From contig CP060762.1 in NCBI GenBank assembly GCA_023205875.1, positions 434,001 to 498,000 on the forward strand: a stretch of DNA of 64,000 nucleotides, written 5' to 3'. The notes beneath the pieces were generated by a model. That model worked only from the letters and a program-made list of their open reading frames with translations. It did no database searches and had not been told where the DNA came from. This document shows positions 43,642 through 55,758 of the stretch, piece by piece. This DNA is from Chloropicon primus. Its lineage: Eukaryota. A program made the position numbers and the translations under genes. Position 1 is the first letter of the stretch; each line of letters begins with the position of its first letter.

Positions 43642-44252
43642 ACTGCTAGCTGTATCCACCTTGCTTCTCCAGTTGTGAAGTTGGGACAAGACTTGACGCC
43701 CAACCAATCAAAATATTTCCACCTTGGAGTCAAAAGCTGTGATCCTTGCAATGATTGGCCTGCGCCAAACACTCGCACTCGTCGCTCCAGCTCTTCCCTA
43801 TTGTCCCAACAAAGAACAACCCAAACTTTTGAATTAGTCACTCTCTACGTTCTCAAACCTGTGGCCACTCCAGACAAAAGTGGTCTCTTTCGAAAGGTCG
43901 CGATATGAGGAGTCTCCCTCCACCATCCAAACTCCCTGAGACCCTTCCCTCTCCCCTCCAGGGTCCGCCAAAGTCTTACCTTGCTCTAGAGCGTCTCCCT
44001 TGGTCGCTCGGTCGCTTCCCTTGGTCTCTCCCCCTCCAACGCGTCTTTCAAATCAACACGGAAAACCTAAAGAGGAGGACAAACCTTTTTGTCGTAAGGG
44101 TCAAAGACACTTTACACTGAACTTACCTTGGACTTTACTTAAGGCAATATCCCGTGTGATAGTGTACACGTATTTATACATATTCCTTCTGTGACGTTAC
44201 TCGGGAAATCTTGACCAGCGCGAGGAGAGCAGAAACAGAAACTCATTGAGGA

Positions 44253-44555
44253 GAGTGACCCAAGGTGCGACCTTGGAAGGCTTTAGGCGTCCGGAGAGGG
44301 TCAGAGACGTAAGGTGGTCGGCCTGGGACGAGGCATTGTCGAAGCAGCTTCCCAAGATTGACATCTTGGCTCTCCGTTTGCGGCCAGAAGGTGAGGAATA
44401 CCGTGCCCTTTTTACAATATTCCCAAGGGCGAGGGAGTGACCCAAGGTGCGACCTTGGAAGGCTTTAGGCGTCCGGAGAGGGTCAGAGACGTAAGGTGGT
44501 CGGCCTGGGACGAGGCATTGTCGAAGCAGCTTCCCAAGATTGACATCTTGGCTCT
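44253..44555. repeat. Tandem duplication, period 182 bp, about 1.7 copies
   Basis: GAGTGACCCAAGGTGCGACC at 44253 and 44435; about 120 bp identical. Confidence 0.95.
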
Positions 44556-44867
44556 CAGCTCACTCGCTTTGCGAAGGACTGAAGGAGGGAACCTCCACTG
44601 AAGGGAAGGCAGGAGGAGAAGCAGAGACTCGAGAGGCAGGGGGGCACCGCACGTGTGGAAGTTAGTTGTGCCAAGAAAGGGACACAGGGTCTCGCTGGAT
44701 TAGCGAATAGTCGTCCTCGGAAGCAAACTCGCTGGACCGGCACAAGGGCGGGCTTTGCGTGTGTGCGTTGCGTAGCTCGTGCTCTCGGTCGTTGTGTGAA
44801 CGGGTCGGCTTTGCTGGAGCCCACGGAGTTGCAGCTGCTCGGGTTTGGTCAGGCACAAGGAAGAGTC

Positions 44868-45677
44868 ATGGCGGAAGAGCCGGCAGATGTACCTGTACCG
44901 CAGGAGGAGGAGGGGGGGGAGGAGCAGACCCAGGCGCCTGAGCCGACGCTTGACCTCGAAGCGATAGAGGAGTTTTACAAGGAGAGCCTTGGGACGAGCC
45001 AAGCGGTGGACTTCATAGCAAGCAAGCTCGAGTTCACGGAATACACGACGAACGTCAAGGAGTCCATTGAGGCGGAGACTTACGAGCAGATGCTTTCGTA
45101 CTCGAAGAACTGCGGCCTGAGCGTGGAGCAGACTTCTGGTTTCATAGGGTTGTTCACAAGAGTCGTGAAGGCGCTCAAGGAGGGCAAGTCCAAGGAGGAG
45201 ACGGAGAAGCTCTCCAAGGAAGCTCTCACGGGCATGTGCGAGACCATCCCCAACTTCAACGCCAACATTGTGAAGTTCATGCTGGACTTCCTGGCCCAGA
45301 CCGTGTTCCAGCACTACAACTTGTATTCTTATGTGTATCAGCTGCCACAGAGGGAACAGGACCTCGTGAACGTGACGCTGGAGGTGGAGACCGCGAGGGT
45401 GCCTCCCCTGAGTCACGGAGAGCTAGAGGTCGAGGAGGAGGAGCCGGAGAAGGCCACGGAGGATCCCCTCAAGGAAGGCGCGGAGGAGGGAGAGGAAGGG
45501 GAGCCCGTCGAAGGGGACGAGGAGCAGCCGGAGGACCAGGAGGAGCCACCCGTGAACGTCATCATCGAGAGCGAGATTGCGAGAAGGGTCGAGCTGCTCA
45601 AGGAAAAGATGCAGGCGGAGTACGCGGAGAGGGAGCAGAAACTTCTGCAAAAACTTGAGGAAATTCAGTCGAACTGA
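44868..45677 (+). CDS. CFAP119: CFAP119/CCDC189-like flagellar central-pair protein
   Basis: TVFQHYNLYSYVY motif, acidic linker, C-terminal coiled coil. Confidence 0.65.
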   Translation: MAEEPADVPVPQEEEGGEEQTQAPEPTLDLEAIEEFYKESLGTSQAVDFIASKLEFTEYTTNVKESIEAETYEQMLSYSKNCGLSVEQTSGFIGLFTRVVKALKEGKSKEETEKLSKEALTGMCETIPNFNANIVKFMLDFLAQTVFQHYNLYSYVYQLPQREQDLVNVTLEVETARVPPLSHGELEVEEEEPEKATEDPLKEGAEEGEEGEPVEGDEEQPEDQEEPPVNVIIESEIARRVELLKEKMQAEYAEREQKLLQKLEEIQSN

Positions 45678-45784
45678 ACAAGTACACACACATATATTCT
45701 TCTACTACACTACCACTGAAAACAGGCAAACCACTACAAGAAAAAAGAAAGAAAAAAACTTTCTCGATTCACCGGCGTCTCTCA

Positions 45785-48196
45785 TCACTTCCAGGGATCG
45801 TCCTTGCCCTCCGAGTTTTCGTCGCCCACCACTTCGGCTTCCACTTTTTGCGATGCCCCCGACGACGACGATGCTCCCGCGCTACTCTTGGAGGCGGCCT
45901 CGATCATCTCGAACACCCTGGAGGCGTAGTCCCTGGGGGACTCGATGTTGAAGCCGCTCGTCAAGAGAGCGGTCTCGTACATGAGGGCGACCATGCTGGA
46001 AGCGTTGGAGTCCGGCGCGGATCCTCCGCCGCAGGAGCCCTTCAAGCTCTTGATGATTTGGTGGTTCGGATTGATCTCCAGAATTTTCTTTCCCCTCATG
46101 TACTCCATCGCCCGGTTGTCCCCCATGGCCTGGGCCTTCATGATCTTCTCCATGTTCGCACTCCAGCCGCCCTTGGAGGTCACAAGGATGCAGGGGCTGT
46201 CCGTCATCCTTTTGCTGACGACGACTTTCTCGACCTTGGCGCCCAAAACTTCCTTCATCCAGCTTGTCAGGTCAGAGAACTCCTTCTCCGCCTCCTCGGA
46301 GCTCTTCTTCTCCTCCTCCGTCTCCTCGTCCAAGACCAAGTCTTCCTTTGTGACGTCAATCAAGTCGTAGTCCTTGAACTTGGCCAAGTTGGCGATGCAC
46401 ACCTCGTCGATGGGCTCGATCAGGTACAAGATCTCCATGTCCCTCTTCAAGAGGTCCTCCACGAAAGGCGAGGTCGCGGCAATGTCCTTGGTCTCAGCAG
46501 CGATGTAGTAGATGGCCTTCTGGTTCTCTTTCATTCTGCCAACGTAGTCCTCGAGGCTGGTGAGCCCTTCCTCGCTCTTGCTGGAGACGAACAGGAGAAG
46601 GTTGCTGAGGCTCTCCCTGTTGTCCTGGTCCTCGATAACTCCGAGCTTCAAGTTCCTTCCGAAGGCGTCCCAGAACGTGTCGTAGTCCTTCGAGTCCTCC
46701 CTCTTCTTGATGTCCTTCAGGGTGTCCAAGGTGCGCTTCACGAGCTGCTTCCTCATGATCCTCGACACGCGAGACTGCTGCAAAATTTCTCTGGAGACGT
46801 TCAGAGGCAAGTCCTTCGAGTCGATCACGCCCTTGACGAAGCTGAGGTACCGAGGCAAGAAGCTCTCGTCGAACTTATCGCTGATGAAGACCTTGTTCAC
46901 GTAGAGCCTGATGTTCCTGGCGTCCTGCATCTCTTGCATGTCGAAGGGGGCCATGCCAGGAATGTAGACGATCCCGCTGAACTCGTACGTTCCCTCCACG
47001 TTGAAGTGGTTGTAAGCCAGTGGGTCCATGAACTCCTTGAAAGTCGTCTTGAAGAACCCGTCGTACTCCTCCTTCTCCACCTCGCTTGGCCTCTGCAGCC
47101 ACAGGGGCTTGTTCTCGTTCTGCAAGGTCCAGTCCCACACCGTGTCGTACTCCGTCTTCATCACCGGCTCCATGTCCTCCGTGCTCTCGCTCTTCTCCTC
47201 GAGCTCCTTCTTCTTCTTCTCCGTCGCCTCATCGTCCACGACCTGCTTCGTCACGCTCTTGGTGGTCCACAGCTGGATGGGGAACCCAATGAACTCCGAG
47301 TACTGCCTGATCAAATCCCTGATCTTCATGTGGTCGGCGTACTCCTTGGTGTCCTCCTTGAGGAACAGGGTGATCTTGGTTCCCCTCGCGAAGCTCTCCG
47401 ATTCGGCATCCTCCACGACGGTGTAGGACGTGCTCCCGACCGCGGATTCCCAAACCCACTGCTTGTCGTCGTCCTTGCTCCTCGTCTGAACCTTGACCTT
47501 GTCCGCCACGAGGAAGGAGGAGTAGAAGCCGACCCCGAACTGACCGATGAGGCTGGCGTCCCCCGCCGCGGCATCCTGAGACTGCTTCATCGCCTCCATG
47601 AACTTGGCCGTCCCGGACCTCGCGATAGTTCCCAGGCTCTCCAGCAGCTCCGCCTTGGTCATCCCTATCCCGGTATCTTGGATGACGATGGTGTTGGCCT
47701 CCGTGTCGCACTTCACCTCTATCTTGAGCTCCTCGTTGCCGCCGAGGGCTTCGGGGTCCTTGATGCTCATGAACCTCACCTTGTCCAGGGCATCGCTCGC
47801 GTTACTGATCAGCTCCCTGAGGAACACGTCCTTGTTCGAGTACAGAGAGTTCACGATGAGGTCCATCAGGCGCGAGGTCTCCGCCTGATACTCGAAAGTC
47901 TCCCCGCTCGAGGGCGCATCCGTCGATGCCGCCGCGCGTGGTATCAGCACACCCATCCTCTGAGCCATCATCCCCGCACCTCTAGCCAACGTCATTGGCC
48001 TCGTGGCCTCGTGCACCAGCCTCTGACTCTGCTGCAGGTACCTCCCTGGCCTCCAACCACCAGGGACTTGATTCTGCCTCCACTTGGCCGCAGTCGAGGG
48101 CCTCATCACTTGGCGCGTCATCTTGGTCAACATCTTCGTAAGCAGGCGCGACGAGAGGACCCTCTCGCTCATGCAAATCTCTCGAGACTCTGCCAT
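45785..48196 (-). CDS. HSP90C: Plastid Hsp90
   Basis: EYQAETSRLMDLIVNSLYSNKDVFLRELISNASDAL, IGQFGVGFYS, C-terminal DPWK; transit peptide. Confidence 0.95.
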   Translation of the reverse strand: MAESREICMSERVLSSRLLTKMLTKMTRQVMRPSTAAKWRQNQVPGGWRPGRYLQQSQRLVHEATRPMTLARGAGMMAQRMGVLIPRAAASTDAPSSGETFEYQAETSRLMDLIVNSLYSNKDVFLRELISNASDALDKVRFMSIKDPEALGGNEELKIEVKCDTEANTIVIQDTGIGMTKAELLESLGTIARSGTAKFMEAMKQSQDAAAGDASLIGQFGVGFYSSFLVADKVKVQTRSKDDDKQWVWESAVGSTSYTVVEDAESESFARGTKITLFLKEDTKEYADHMKIRDLIRQYSEFIGFPIQLWTTKSVTKQVVDDEATEKKKKELEEKSESTEDMEPVMKTEYDTVWDWTLQNENKPLWLQRPSEVEKEEYDGFFKTTFKEFMDPLAYNHFNVEGTYEFSGIVYIPGMAPFDMQEMQDARNIRLYVNKVFISDKFDESFLPRYLSFVKGVIDSKDLPLNVSREILQQSRVSRIMRKQLVKRTLDTLKDIKKREDSKDYDTFWDAFGRNLKLGVIEDQDNRESLSNLLLFVSSKSEEGLTSLEDYVGRMKENQKAIYYIAAETKDIAATSPFVEDLLKRDMEILYLIEPIDEVCIANLAKFKDYDLIDVTKEDLVLDEETEEEKKSSEEAEKEFSDLTSWMKEVLGAKVEKVVVSKRMTDSPCILVTSKGGWSANMEKIMKAQAMGDNRAMEYMRGKKILEINPNHQIIKSLKGSCGGGSAPDSNASSMVALMYETALLTSGFNIESPRDYASRVFEMIEAASKSSAGASSSSGASQKVEAEVVGDENSEGKDDPWK

Positions 48197-48693
48197 GACA
48201 AAAACAAAAACAAAAACAAAAACAAGTCAGTCCATCGCTTCATTCAATGTTTTCTCACCACAACATCCTCTCCCTTGGGTCAAATGCTTCAAGCGAGGTG
48301 TCTCCGGAAAGACAACGAGGCGAAGCTTGCGATTATTTTGCCTCCTTCGCATCCAACCGAACCCCGACGTCCTCCTCGCGTGTCGTTCACTCACCTTATC
48401 CTATCCTTTGCGCCGCCGATTTTTTCGATAAAGCGACAAGACGCTCTTCGTCATTTGTGGCTGTCAGAAGCAGAGTCTGCAGACTTCGCCCAGGAGGAGG
48501 AGGGAGGTGAAGGAGGCGCGCTCTCAGCGAGCGAGGCGAGGAAGAGAGCGACAGGGAGTGAAACAGGACAAAAGAAGGTTTTGAGATCTTTCGAAAGAGC
48601 CAAAACTCGAAGGTAGAGGCGCTCTGCTGAGGATTCTGTGGAAGGGAAGGCAGAGCGAGGAGCGAGGAGGTTTAGATTAGATTGCGGATCGAG

Positions 48694-49176
48694 ATGATAA
48701 CCAAGGCATTTCGATTGACGCCTCGCTTGGTTGATCTCGCTTGCGTTCCATCGAAAGGGGACAGACAGACTGAGACTGAGGTTGAGGGAGGGGCAGACCG
48801 AGGGAGGCGGCAGGTTGTTCCGATCGAAGGAGGGCAGCCAGGGGAAATGCCTCGAGGGGTGAAGAAGGAGAACCTTCCGACGAAAGTGTGCGTGGTGTGC
48901 AACCGACCTTTCACTTGGAGGAAGAAGTGGGAGCGCTGCTGGGAGGAGGTCCAAACGTGCAGCGAGAGGTGCAAGAACGAGAGGAAGCGGGGCAAAAGAT
49001 CTGGTGGAAAGGCAACCGAGTCACTACCGGGGGTCATCGAAGGGAGAGCCTCGACGACCGTGTACGAGGTGACGACGGCGAGGCACGGGAAGGGAATCCA
49101 ATTGGAAGGGAGGTCGATGCGGATGTCTCCCCGCTCGGTGGTCCAAGGAGCCCTCAGGATGGCGAGGTTCCTTTGA
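48694..49176 (+). CDS. DUF2256 family protein
   Basis: [33 protein letters not shown]; start uncertain (48694 or 48847). Confidence 0.8.
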   Translation: MITKAFRLTPRLVDLACVPSKGDRQTETEVEGGADRGRRQVVPIEGGQPGEMPRGVKKENLPTKVCVVCNRPFTWRKKWERCWEEVQTCSERCKNERKRGKRSGGKATESLPGVIEGRASTTVYEVTTARHGKGIQLEGRSMRMSPRSVVQGALRMARFL

Positions 49177-49241
49177 GGGGGGGGTCCTATTTGATGATGT
49201 AACTTTACCTAAACATATATTTACACACAACCCGGTGCGAA

Positions 49242-50424
49242 TCACTTTTTGGGCTTGGGCTTCACCTCGTTCTCGTGGACATCCCGCACGAAGATCGCGT
49301 CCAGCGGGTGGTCCTTCTCCCCCTGCTCGAAGGTGTAAGACGCCGCCACGGCGAGCTTCGTGCCGTGCACGTTGAAGCACAAATCCGCGATGCTTGTCTG
49401 GTACTTGGAGTACTGGTAGAGCCTCTTCTTGTTCGCTCCGTCCCAGGTGTTCACGACTCCGTCACAGCCACCCGTCGCAAAGGTGCCGAACTTTGGGTGG
49501 AAGGCCAGAGCGTTCACGGGATACACGTACTCGACCCCGTCCTCCACCTTCCTGTGGCACTTGAACGCGTAGCTCTTCTTCTTCTGCTCCTCCTCCTGAC
49601 CAAAGTACTCCATGGAGACCCTGCCCTCTATGGAGGCTACCGCGTAGCCCAAACCGTTGGGGAAGCAACGAACCGACCTGGTCTGGTACTTGAGGAGGGT
49701 CTCCGTCTCGATCTCGGCATGCTTTGGATCCAGCTTCCTCGCGTCGTAGATGTTGATTTTCCTGTTCGCCATGGCGACCACAATGCGATGCCCGTGGGTG
49801 TCCATGCTGAAGACTTTGCCTGGAAGAGGCAGCTTGGCGATGGGCTTGGGGCCCGCGCCGCCGGAGGTCGGCGTGCGAGGATCCCAAGCTCTGCGGAGGG
49901 AAACGAGAAAAGGAGGAAAACCAGGAGGGTCAGCAGGGTTGGCCTTGTTGGAAAGGGAGACGCCCCCGAGCGCGCCGCAGAAACTGTTGTCACTCGCGCA
50001 TTTCTTGCCCGAAACTATCGTACACTCACCTCACGGTCTTATCCCAGCTTCCGGAAACGAGAAGGTCGTCGTCCCTCACGTAGCAGAGGCACTTGACGGG
50101 ACTGTCGTGCTGACCAACGATCTGACCACTAGCACCCGTCGGCTCAGCGCCCACAGAAAACTTTTTCACGACCTTGTCCAGCCCCGCGCTACACACCTCG
50201 GTCCCCCCGCTCGCAAAGCAAGCGCCCAACACGGGAGCGCCGTGGTCATAGCTGTACCTCAGAGTGTTCGTCGACACGCTGTGTATTGACACGCTGTGAT
50301 CCCAGGACGAGATCAAGAGCAAGTCTGCCTTATCCTCCTCGTAACAGAACTCCACAGAGGTCACGCCATCCTTCGGCGGCGTGGACATCTCCAGACCGTG
50401 CGTCGGCATCCTCAACCCCGCCAT
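49242..50424 (-). CDS. BUB3: Mitotic checkpoint WD40 protein BUB3; exons 50424-50030, 49890-49242
   Basis: [48 protein letters not shown]. Confidence 0.93.
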
Positions 50425-50807
50425 CGTTCGATCCTCTCCCCTTCCCTTCGCCTCTACCACCCTCTACCCGGTCCCCAAGCCAAGCCTTCCTCCTCCCCTC
50501 CAGCGACCTTGCTTTTGAATGATCTCAGTCCACACTCGACCACTCCGCGCGCCAAAACCTTCGACCGAGGTATCTCTGGAAAGCCCTTGAGACACACTAC
50601 CGCGTGGTTCACGTCTCTTTCCCTTCCCTCGTCCCGCACTGTCCTCAATCCGGTCCCCAAGCCAAGCCACTCTGCCACGGCCTCCGCCCCTCCTGTTCGA
50701 ATGATCAGCAGAGAGCGCGCGCGCTGATGGCGAAGATGGCGGAAGGTGGCGCGTCGTAGGAGGAGGAGGAGGAGGAGGCACTCGAGTGGAGGAGTTTTCA
50801 TTCGGTC

Positions 50808-53800
50808 ATGTTTCAGTCACGCAAGAAGAAGAGTTTCTGGTCGCAACTCTTTGATACGGAGAGGGAAGACAGGTTCACAATAAAAGAGTTAGGCTTCCTT
50901 CACGACGTCCTCGACTCCAACGCAAAGGTCCATGAGGTAAGCCATGAGGGAGGGTTCTCCTTTCCTTTTTGCTTCTTCCGTCCATTCACCCAAACGAGGG
51001 AACCGCTTCACTCTTTTGTTTCCTTTCCTCTCTCCTCTTGTCCTTGTCCTTGTCCTTGTGCATGGACCTGGAGCTGACTTTGGCTTTGGTTTTGGTTTTG
51101 GTTTTGGTTTTGTAGGGAAACAAGGACACTGTCGTGGAGGCGTTGCGTTCGATAGCGGAGCTGATGATCTGGGGAGACCAGCATGACCCGAGCTTCTTCG
51201 ACTTCTTCGCGGAGCACCAAACGCTTTCGTACTTCAGGCGTATCCTGTCCCAAGGCTACTGCAGGAGTGGTGAGGTGGCTGTGCAGATATTGCAGACGCT
51301 TAGCATCCTGACCCAGAACATCCAGAGCGAGCAGGCGATATACTTCCTGTTCAGCAACAACCACGTGAACCGGATCATCATGCAGGACTTCAACTTCAAG
51401 GACGACGAGGTGCTTGGCTACTACATCTCGTTCCTGAAGACCATCTCACTCAAACTGAACGCCGGGACGGTTCAGTTCTTTTTCCTGAAGAGGAAGAAGG
51501 AAAGGAATGCCGAGGGCAACTCGAGCGGGGACTTCCACATGGAGTTCCCGTTCTACTCTAGAATCATCCAGTTTTTTCGACACGAGGAGAGCATGGTGAG
51601 AGCGGCCGTGAGGACGTGCACTCTCAATATTTACAGCGTGAAGGACGCTGGGGTGCGAGACTTTTTGCAGAACTCGCGAGAGGCCAATGCTTACATCGCG
51701 AACCTTGGAAAGTATGTGGTGGAGCAGTGTCAGGCACTGAGTGTCATCCTTCCTGCCACAAAGCAGGGCACAATCGACCCAAAGAGGTTGGACGTGGCCT
51801 TGGAAGAGCTGGACGACATTTTCTACTATTGCTACGACATCTACAGCCTTTTCGAAGACGGGGTGGGCGAGCAGCTCATGTGTGTGGTGTGGAAGGACCT
51901 GCACCGTGTCGTCTTGGAGCCTTTCAGGACGCAAAGTGACGGGGGAGACGCTAACGCGAGCCAAGAAGAGGACAACGCTCTGGATTCGTGCAGGCTCACC
52001 GTCTCCTTGCTGATACTGGAGCGGTTATTTCATATTTTGCACATCCCTGGCCTGCTAGACGCGGTGTTCGCATCCTTGTTTTTGCCAAAGGCAAAGGCTC
52101 TGAAGCTGGCGCCACTGGTTTGCACCACCAGTGAGGAGGGCTGCGGTCAGACGGGGAAGGACGATTGGTACAGCACTTGGCCTGTCTTCCGGCGGTGCAT
52201 TGCAGAGGAGGGAACGCACATCGAGAGCACACTTATTGCCCGGTTTCTCACAAAGTGCATAAAGTCGAAGCACCTGAACGAGGACGTTATGGATGCGGCA
52301 GGCTTGCTTCCGAGCAAGGTCAAGACCTCGAGGATGCTCTTTAATGAGCTAACCTCCATAGACAGCGATGTTGGAAGTGGAACGACGGAGAGCACGGAAG
52401 CTGAAAGCGACAAGGAGAGAACTCCAAGGAAGAAAGGCCACAGAAGGTTGAACTCCAGTGAAGAGCTTGCCCATTTGCAGCTCTTTCCGCAGGACGCAGA
52501 ATCAAGTAGGACTGATGAAGCGGGGGAGGAGGACAGTGATGTGACTGCGCTCGCAGAGAGACTAGAAGGCCTGGGTGAGGAGGGAAGGCCTGGAGGAGCC
52601 GAGGCTGGAAAGCAGGACGACGCCCCTTACCTGATATTGGCGGGGCTCATATCAGAACCGTTCAGGGTTGATCTGGTCAATCTTGTTGGTTGGATGCTTT
52701 TCCAGTGGCTTCCAATGGAGAGATCGTTAGAGAATAAAGGGGACAAGATGCCAGACGACAAGGACAGAGAAGCTGTACTCAGTCCACGGGCAGGTGCCCT
52801 TTGCGGCCGATCCATTCCTGAGGTACTTTCGCTGGTCTTGGATGAGCAAATGAAGAGGTGCGTGTCGCAGCTTCGTGTTCACTTGCAGCAGTCGTGGTGC
52901 GACGGGCTCCCCTTGTTGATTAGCAGAGCTTGGCAGCAAAACAAGCGCCACCTGATGTCGCCGCACGTCAGCATGAATGCCGTGGAAACTGCTGCTTTCT
53001 TGCTCCACGACCAGTCGAATGCTGGCAACAAAGGTAGGGTACAGACAAGCAGTCACAGTCCAGGGATGAACACGGCTGTTTCTGCTGCAAAGCAGGGCAA
53101 CGAAGCCGTGAACGCTTTCGTTGCAATGGCGCAGCTCAAGCTGTGGATACAGACTGGCGATCTGCCAAACGACCCGTCCGTCGTTTTCGGGATCGAGAAG
53201 GGCCTTTTCTCCCTGGACGAGCCCGTGGGACTGGTGCCCCATGATCGACGGCCGCTGCCCATTTCCGATGGAAGCGAAGTCGACATCTCTTCCATGAATC
53301 TCGTGGGACCAAACAAAGGGGGCGAGAAGGAGGAAGGCTCGTCATTTGTGACAGGGGCTTTGCCTTGCAGGGTTGCGTTCACAAGGGGTGCGGAAAGGAA
53401 AGTTTTCTTCTGCTCAGACGGGCGGCATGCCCTCTCCAGCCGGCAGAAGAATGGTCAGAGAGAGCTGGGCTCGGTTTGCATCTTCCTGGCGGATGTAAAC
53501 GAGTCTTCAGGCACTTCAGGTAGCGGGAGATTCGCGAAAATTGTGGCAATGGCGCCACTGGCGGGAGCAGAGCCAGCAATCGACCCGACGCACCCGGCGT
53601 GGCTTCACCTTCGAGTCCGCCCGCCGCTTAGCGCGTTCATGGCAGTGTGCTCGATGATGAATGCCTCCCAGTCTTTCGGTCAACAGGGAATCAAAGGCAA
53701 AAAGCCAAAGCTGAATGATGGCAGGTGGACGCTCGCCTTTGAGGATGCAGAAAGTGCAAAGAAGGCTGCGGAAATGGTGCACAGCCAGAGGAAGCGGCTG

Positions 53801-53842
53801 CGGGGCAACTCGGAGCAGCTTCTCGAGGACTTCATTGTATAA
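50808..53842 (+). CDS. CLEC16A/TT9 (FPL domain) vacuolar trafficking protein; exons 50808-50936, 51116-53842
   Basis: VVEALRSIAELMIWGDQHD, YFLFSNNHVN, YYISFLKTISLKLN, HEESMVRAAVRT. Confidence 0.88.
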
Positions 53843-53924
53843 CAAGTAGAAAATAGGTTGGGACGACAGACACATGAGAGCTCGTCGATGTAATATTCAT
53901 TAGAAAAGAAAAGCTTCCCGAAGC

Positions 53925-55388
53925 TTAGCGCCTGTTCCTTTTTCTCGGCCTCCTTGGACTGAAATCTTCTTGAAGGTATTGGAAATCCCTCTGCGAGAGA
54001 GGCTTGCCCTCCCGGACACAAAATGCTTCGACGAAAAACGCGTGCGGACCATTTGGGAGAATCCTCTTCATTCCCTTCATCAGATGAACGAGCTTCTGCG
54101 CATTCACGCCCTTTGCACCCCTCCCACAGGGGGCCTCTTCGCCGTCCCTGGAAGGAAGCCTGAACACATTCACAGCTAATATCGCCTTTTGCTCCGAGGG
54201 CTCAAGTGGCTTGGCAGGATCGGGCTCCGCCTCCTGGGAGAGCCCAAAGGACGGCACGTCAAGTCCGGGAGCGCCTCCGGGAGTGTTCCCTTGGTCGGTG
54301 CCGTGTGGCACCACCGCGGGCGCTGGCGAAGAGAGCCCCAAACCTGGCGACAGCTGACCTCCCTTCTCCTCCCCCATTTCGATTGCAAGGGCGGCGGGTT
54401 GCTTGAGGTGCGCAAGCTTGTGCTCCTGGATCGCATTCCTCAGCGTTGGGTTCGGCACCAGATCGTCGCAGAGCATCTCCTCCTTGCCACACTTTGGGCA
54501 GGTCCCCGTCTCGATGAGCTTGCTCCTGATGCAGTCATCACAAAAGCTAGATTGGCAGCACATAATCGACACCGCGTCATTGATGAGGTTGCCGCATATC
54601 GGACACTTCATCTCGTCAGGGACTTCCATCTTCGGTGGCTTTGCCCTCACAAAGTTCGCGGTCGCCTCCTTCTTTAGCGCTCGGTCGTCAACCATCACAT
54701 CTCCGACGGTTCCGTCTGGCATGACAATCGCCCCCTCTCCCGTGCTCACCAGCTTCTCCAGAGGGATTCCCAGAGGCGCCTTCACCTTCTTCACGTCGTA
54801 CTCCGGGTTCCCGTTCGTGGGGCAGTTGTAAATCCAGTGCCCCCCCACGCCGCACCGGTGGCACACGTAGTTCGGAGGCGGCTGCTCCGAATGAAACTTT
54901 CTCTTCCCGGGCCCAAACCTGCCACCCGGCCCGGCGTTCACCTCGGAGCTCCAGTTCGAATAGGAGGCGTCCACAAAGTTGGACAGGGCGGCGGCCTCAT
55001 CCTGGCCGGGCGCGAGGTTGTTCGGCTGCAGGAACGACGAGTCCTGGGCCCCCACCGCCCCGCTCGTCCCCGGCTGCGCTGTCAGCCTCGAGTTCTGAGC
55101 CACCCTCTCCGCCTCCTTCTCCGCCTTGTTCTCCACGATGTGCCGCTTCGTCTGCGGACCCAGCGGGACCCTCGTGATCAGCACTTGGGCATTCCTGGGA
55201 AGCAGCGTCCCGTCATCCCCGAAAACTTCCCTCGACTCCGCCTTCTGCACGGCAAGCTCGCTGGCTATCATCCCACGCTTCTCCGCGATCTGACGCTTCA
55301 AGTCACCGACGGATATGAACATCCCATCGAAGAGGAGATTCGTGTACGAGATCTCGCTCTTGAACTTGTACCTCAACACACCAGACAT
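53925..55388 (-). CDS. RBBP6/Mpe1-like E3 ligase (DWNN, zinc knuckle, RING)
   Basis: LRYKFKS DWNN start, PPPNYVCHRCGVGGHWIYNCPT, CPIC..CC..FCDDCIR..CPKC. Confidence 0.9.
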   Translation of the reverse strand: MSGVLRYKFKSEISYTNLLFDGMFISVGDLKRQIAEKRGMIASELAVQKAESREVFGDDGTLLPRNAQVLITRVPLGPQTKRHIVENKAEKEAERVAQNSRLTAQPGTSGAVGAQDSSFLQPNNLAPGQDEAAALSNFVDASYSNWSSEVNAGPGGRFGPGKRKFHSEQPPPNYVCHRCGVGGHWIYNCPTNGNPEYDVKKVKAPLGIPLEKLVSTGEGAIVMPDGTVGDVMVDDRALKKEATANFVRAKPPKMEVPDEMKCPICGNLINDAVSIMCCQSSFCDDCIRSKLIETGTCPKCGKEEMLCDDLVPNPTLRNAIQEHKLAHLKQPAALAIEMGEEKGGQLSPGLGLSSPAPAVVPHGTDQGNTPGGAPGLDVPSFGLSQEAEPDPAKPLEPSEQKAILAVNVFRLPSRDGEEAPCGRGAKGVNAQKLVHLMKGMKRILPNGPHAFFVEAFCVREGKPLSQRDFQYLQEDFSPRRPRKRNRR

Positions 55389-55758
55389 CTTGTGGGGTCA
55401 ATGCTGGGGTCTATGGAATCGTCTCGGACGTGATCTTTTGGTATCTCCAACCCTCGACCCTCTCCGGTACCGCCCTCGGACCCAAAACCGCGCAAGAAAG
55501 TCGCGCAAACCACCACCACCGCCCAAGCCCCAACCCGAAGAGTGAGAGAGGACGAGCTTCGAGTAAATTCACTTCTCTTGTTGGAATGAGAAGAGAGGAG
55601 GGAGGTGAGAGGAGAGAGGAGAGAGGAAGAGGAGAGAGACTTGGATTAGAAGCCCCTTTGCTTTCTATTATTATTCTAGCTTCTTCTCTTCTCTTCTCTC
55701 TCTTCTCTTCTCTCTTCTCTCTCCTCCAGTTTTGCTTTGCTTTGCTTTGCTCTCTTCG

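Noticed and set aside
44197..44445. Short ORFs in the 182-bp duplication
   Set aside because: No recognisable homology and weak starts; cannot support as genes
45848..48616. 922-aa antisense ORF over HSP90C (similarly 239-1765, 34655-35770, 61321-62673, 21851-22978)
   Set aside because: Shadow ORFs expected from strong GC3 codon bias; L/V/H/R-rich with no motifs
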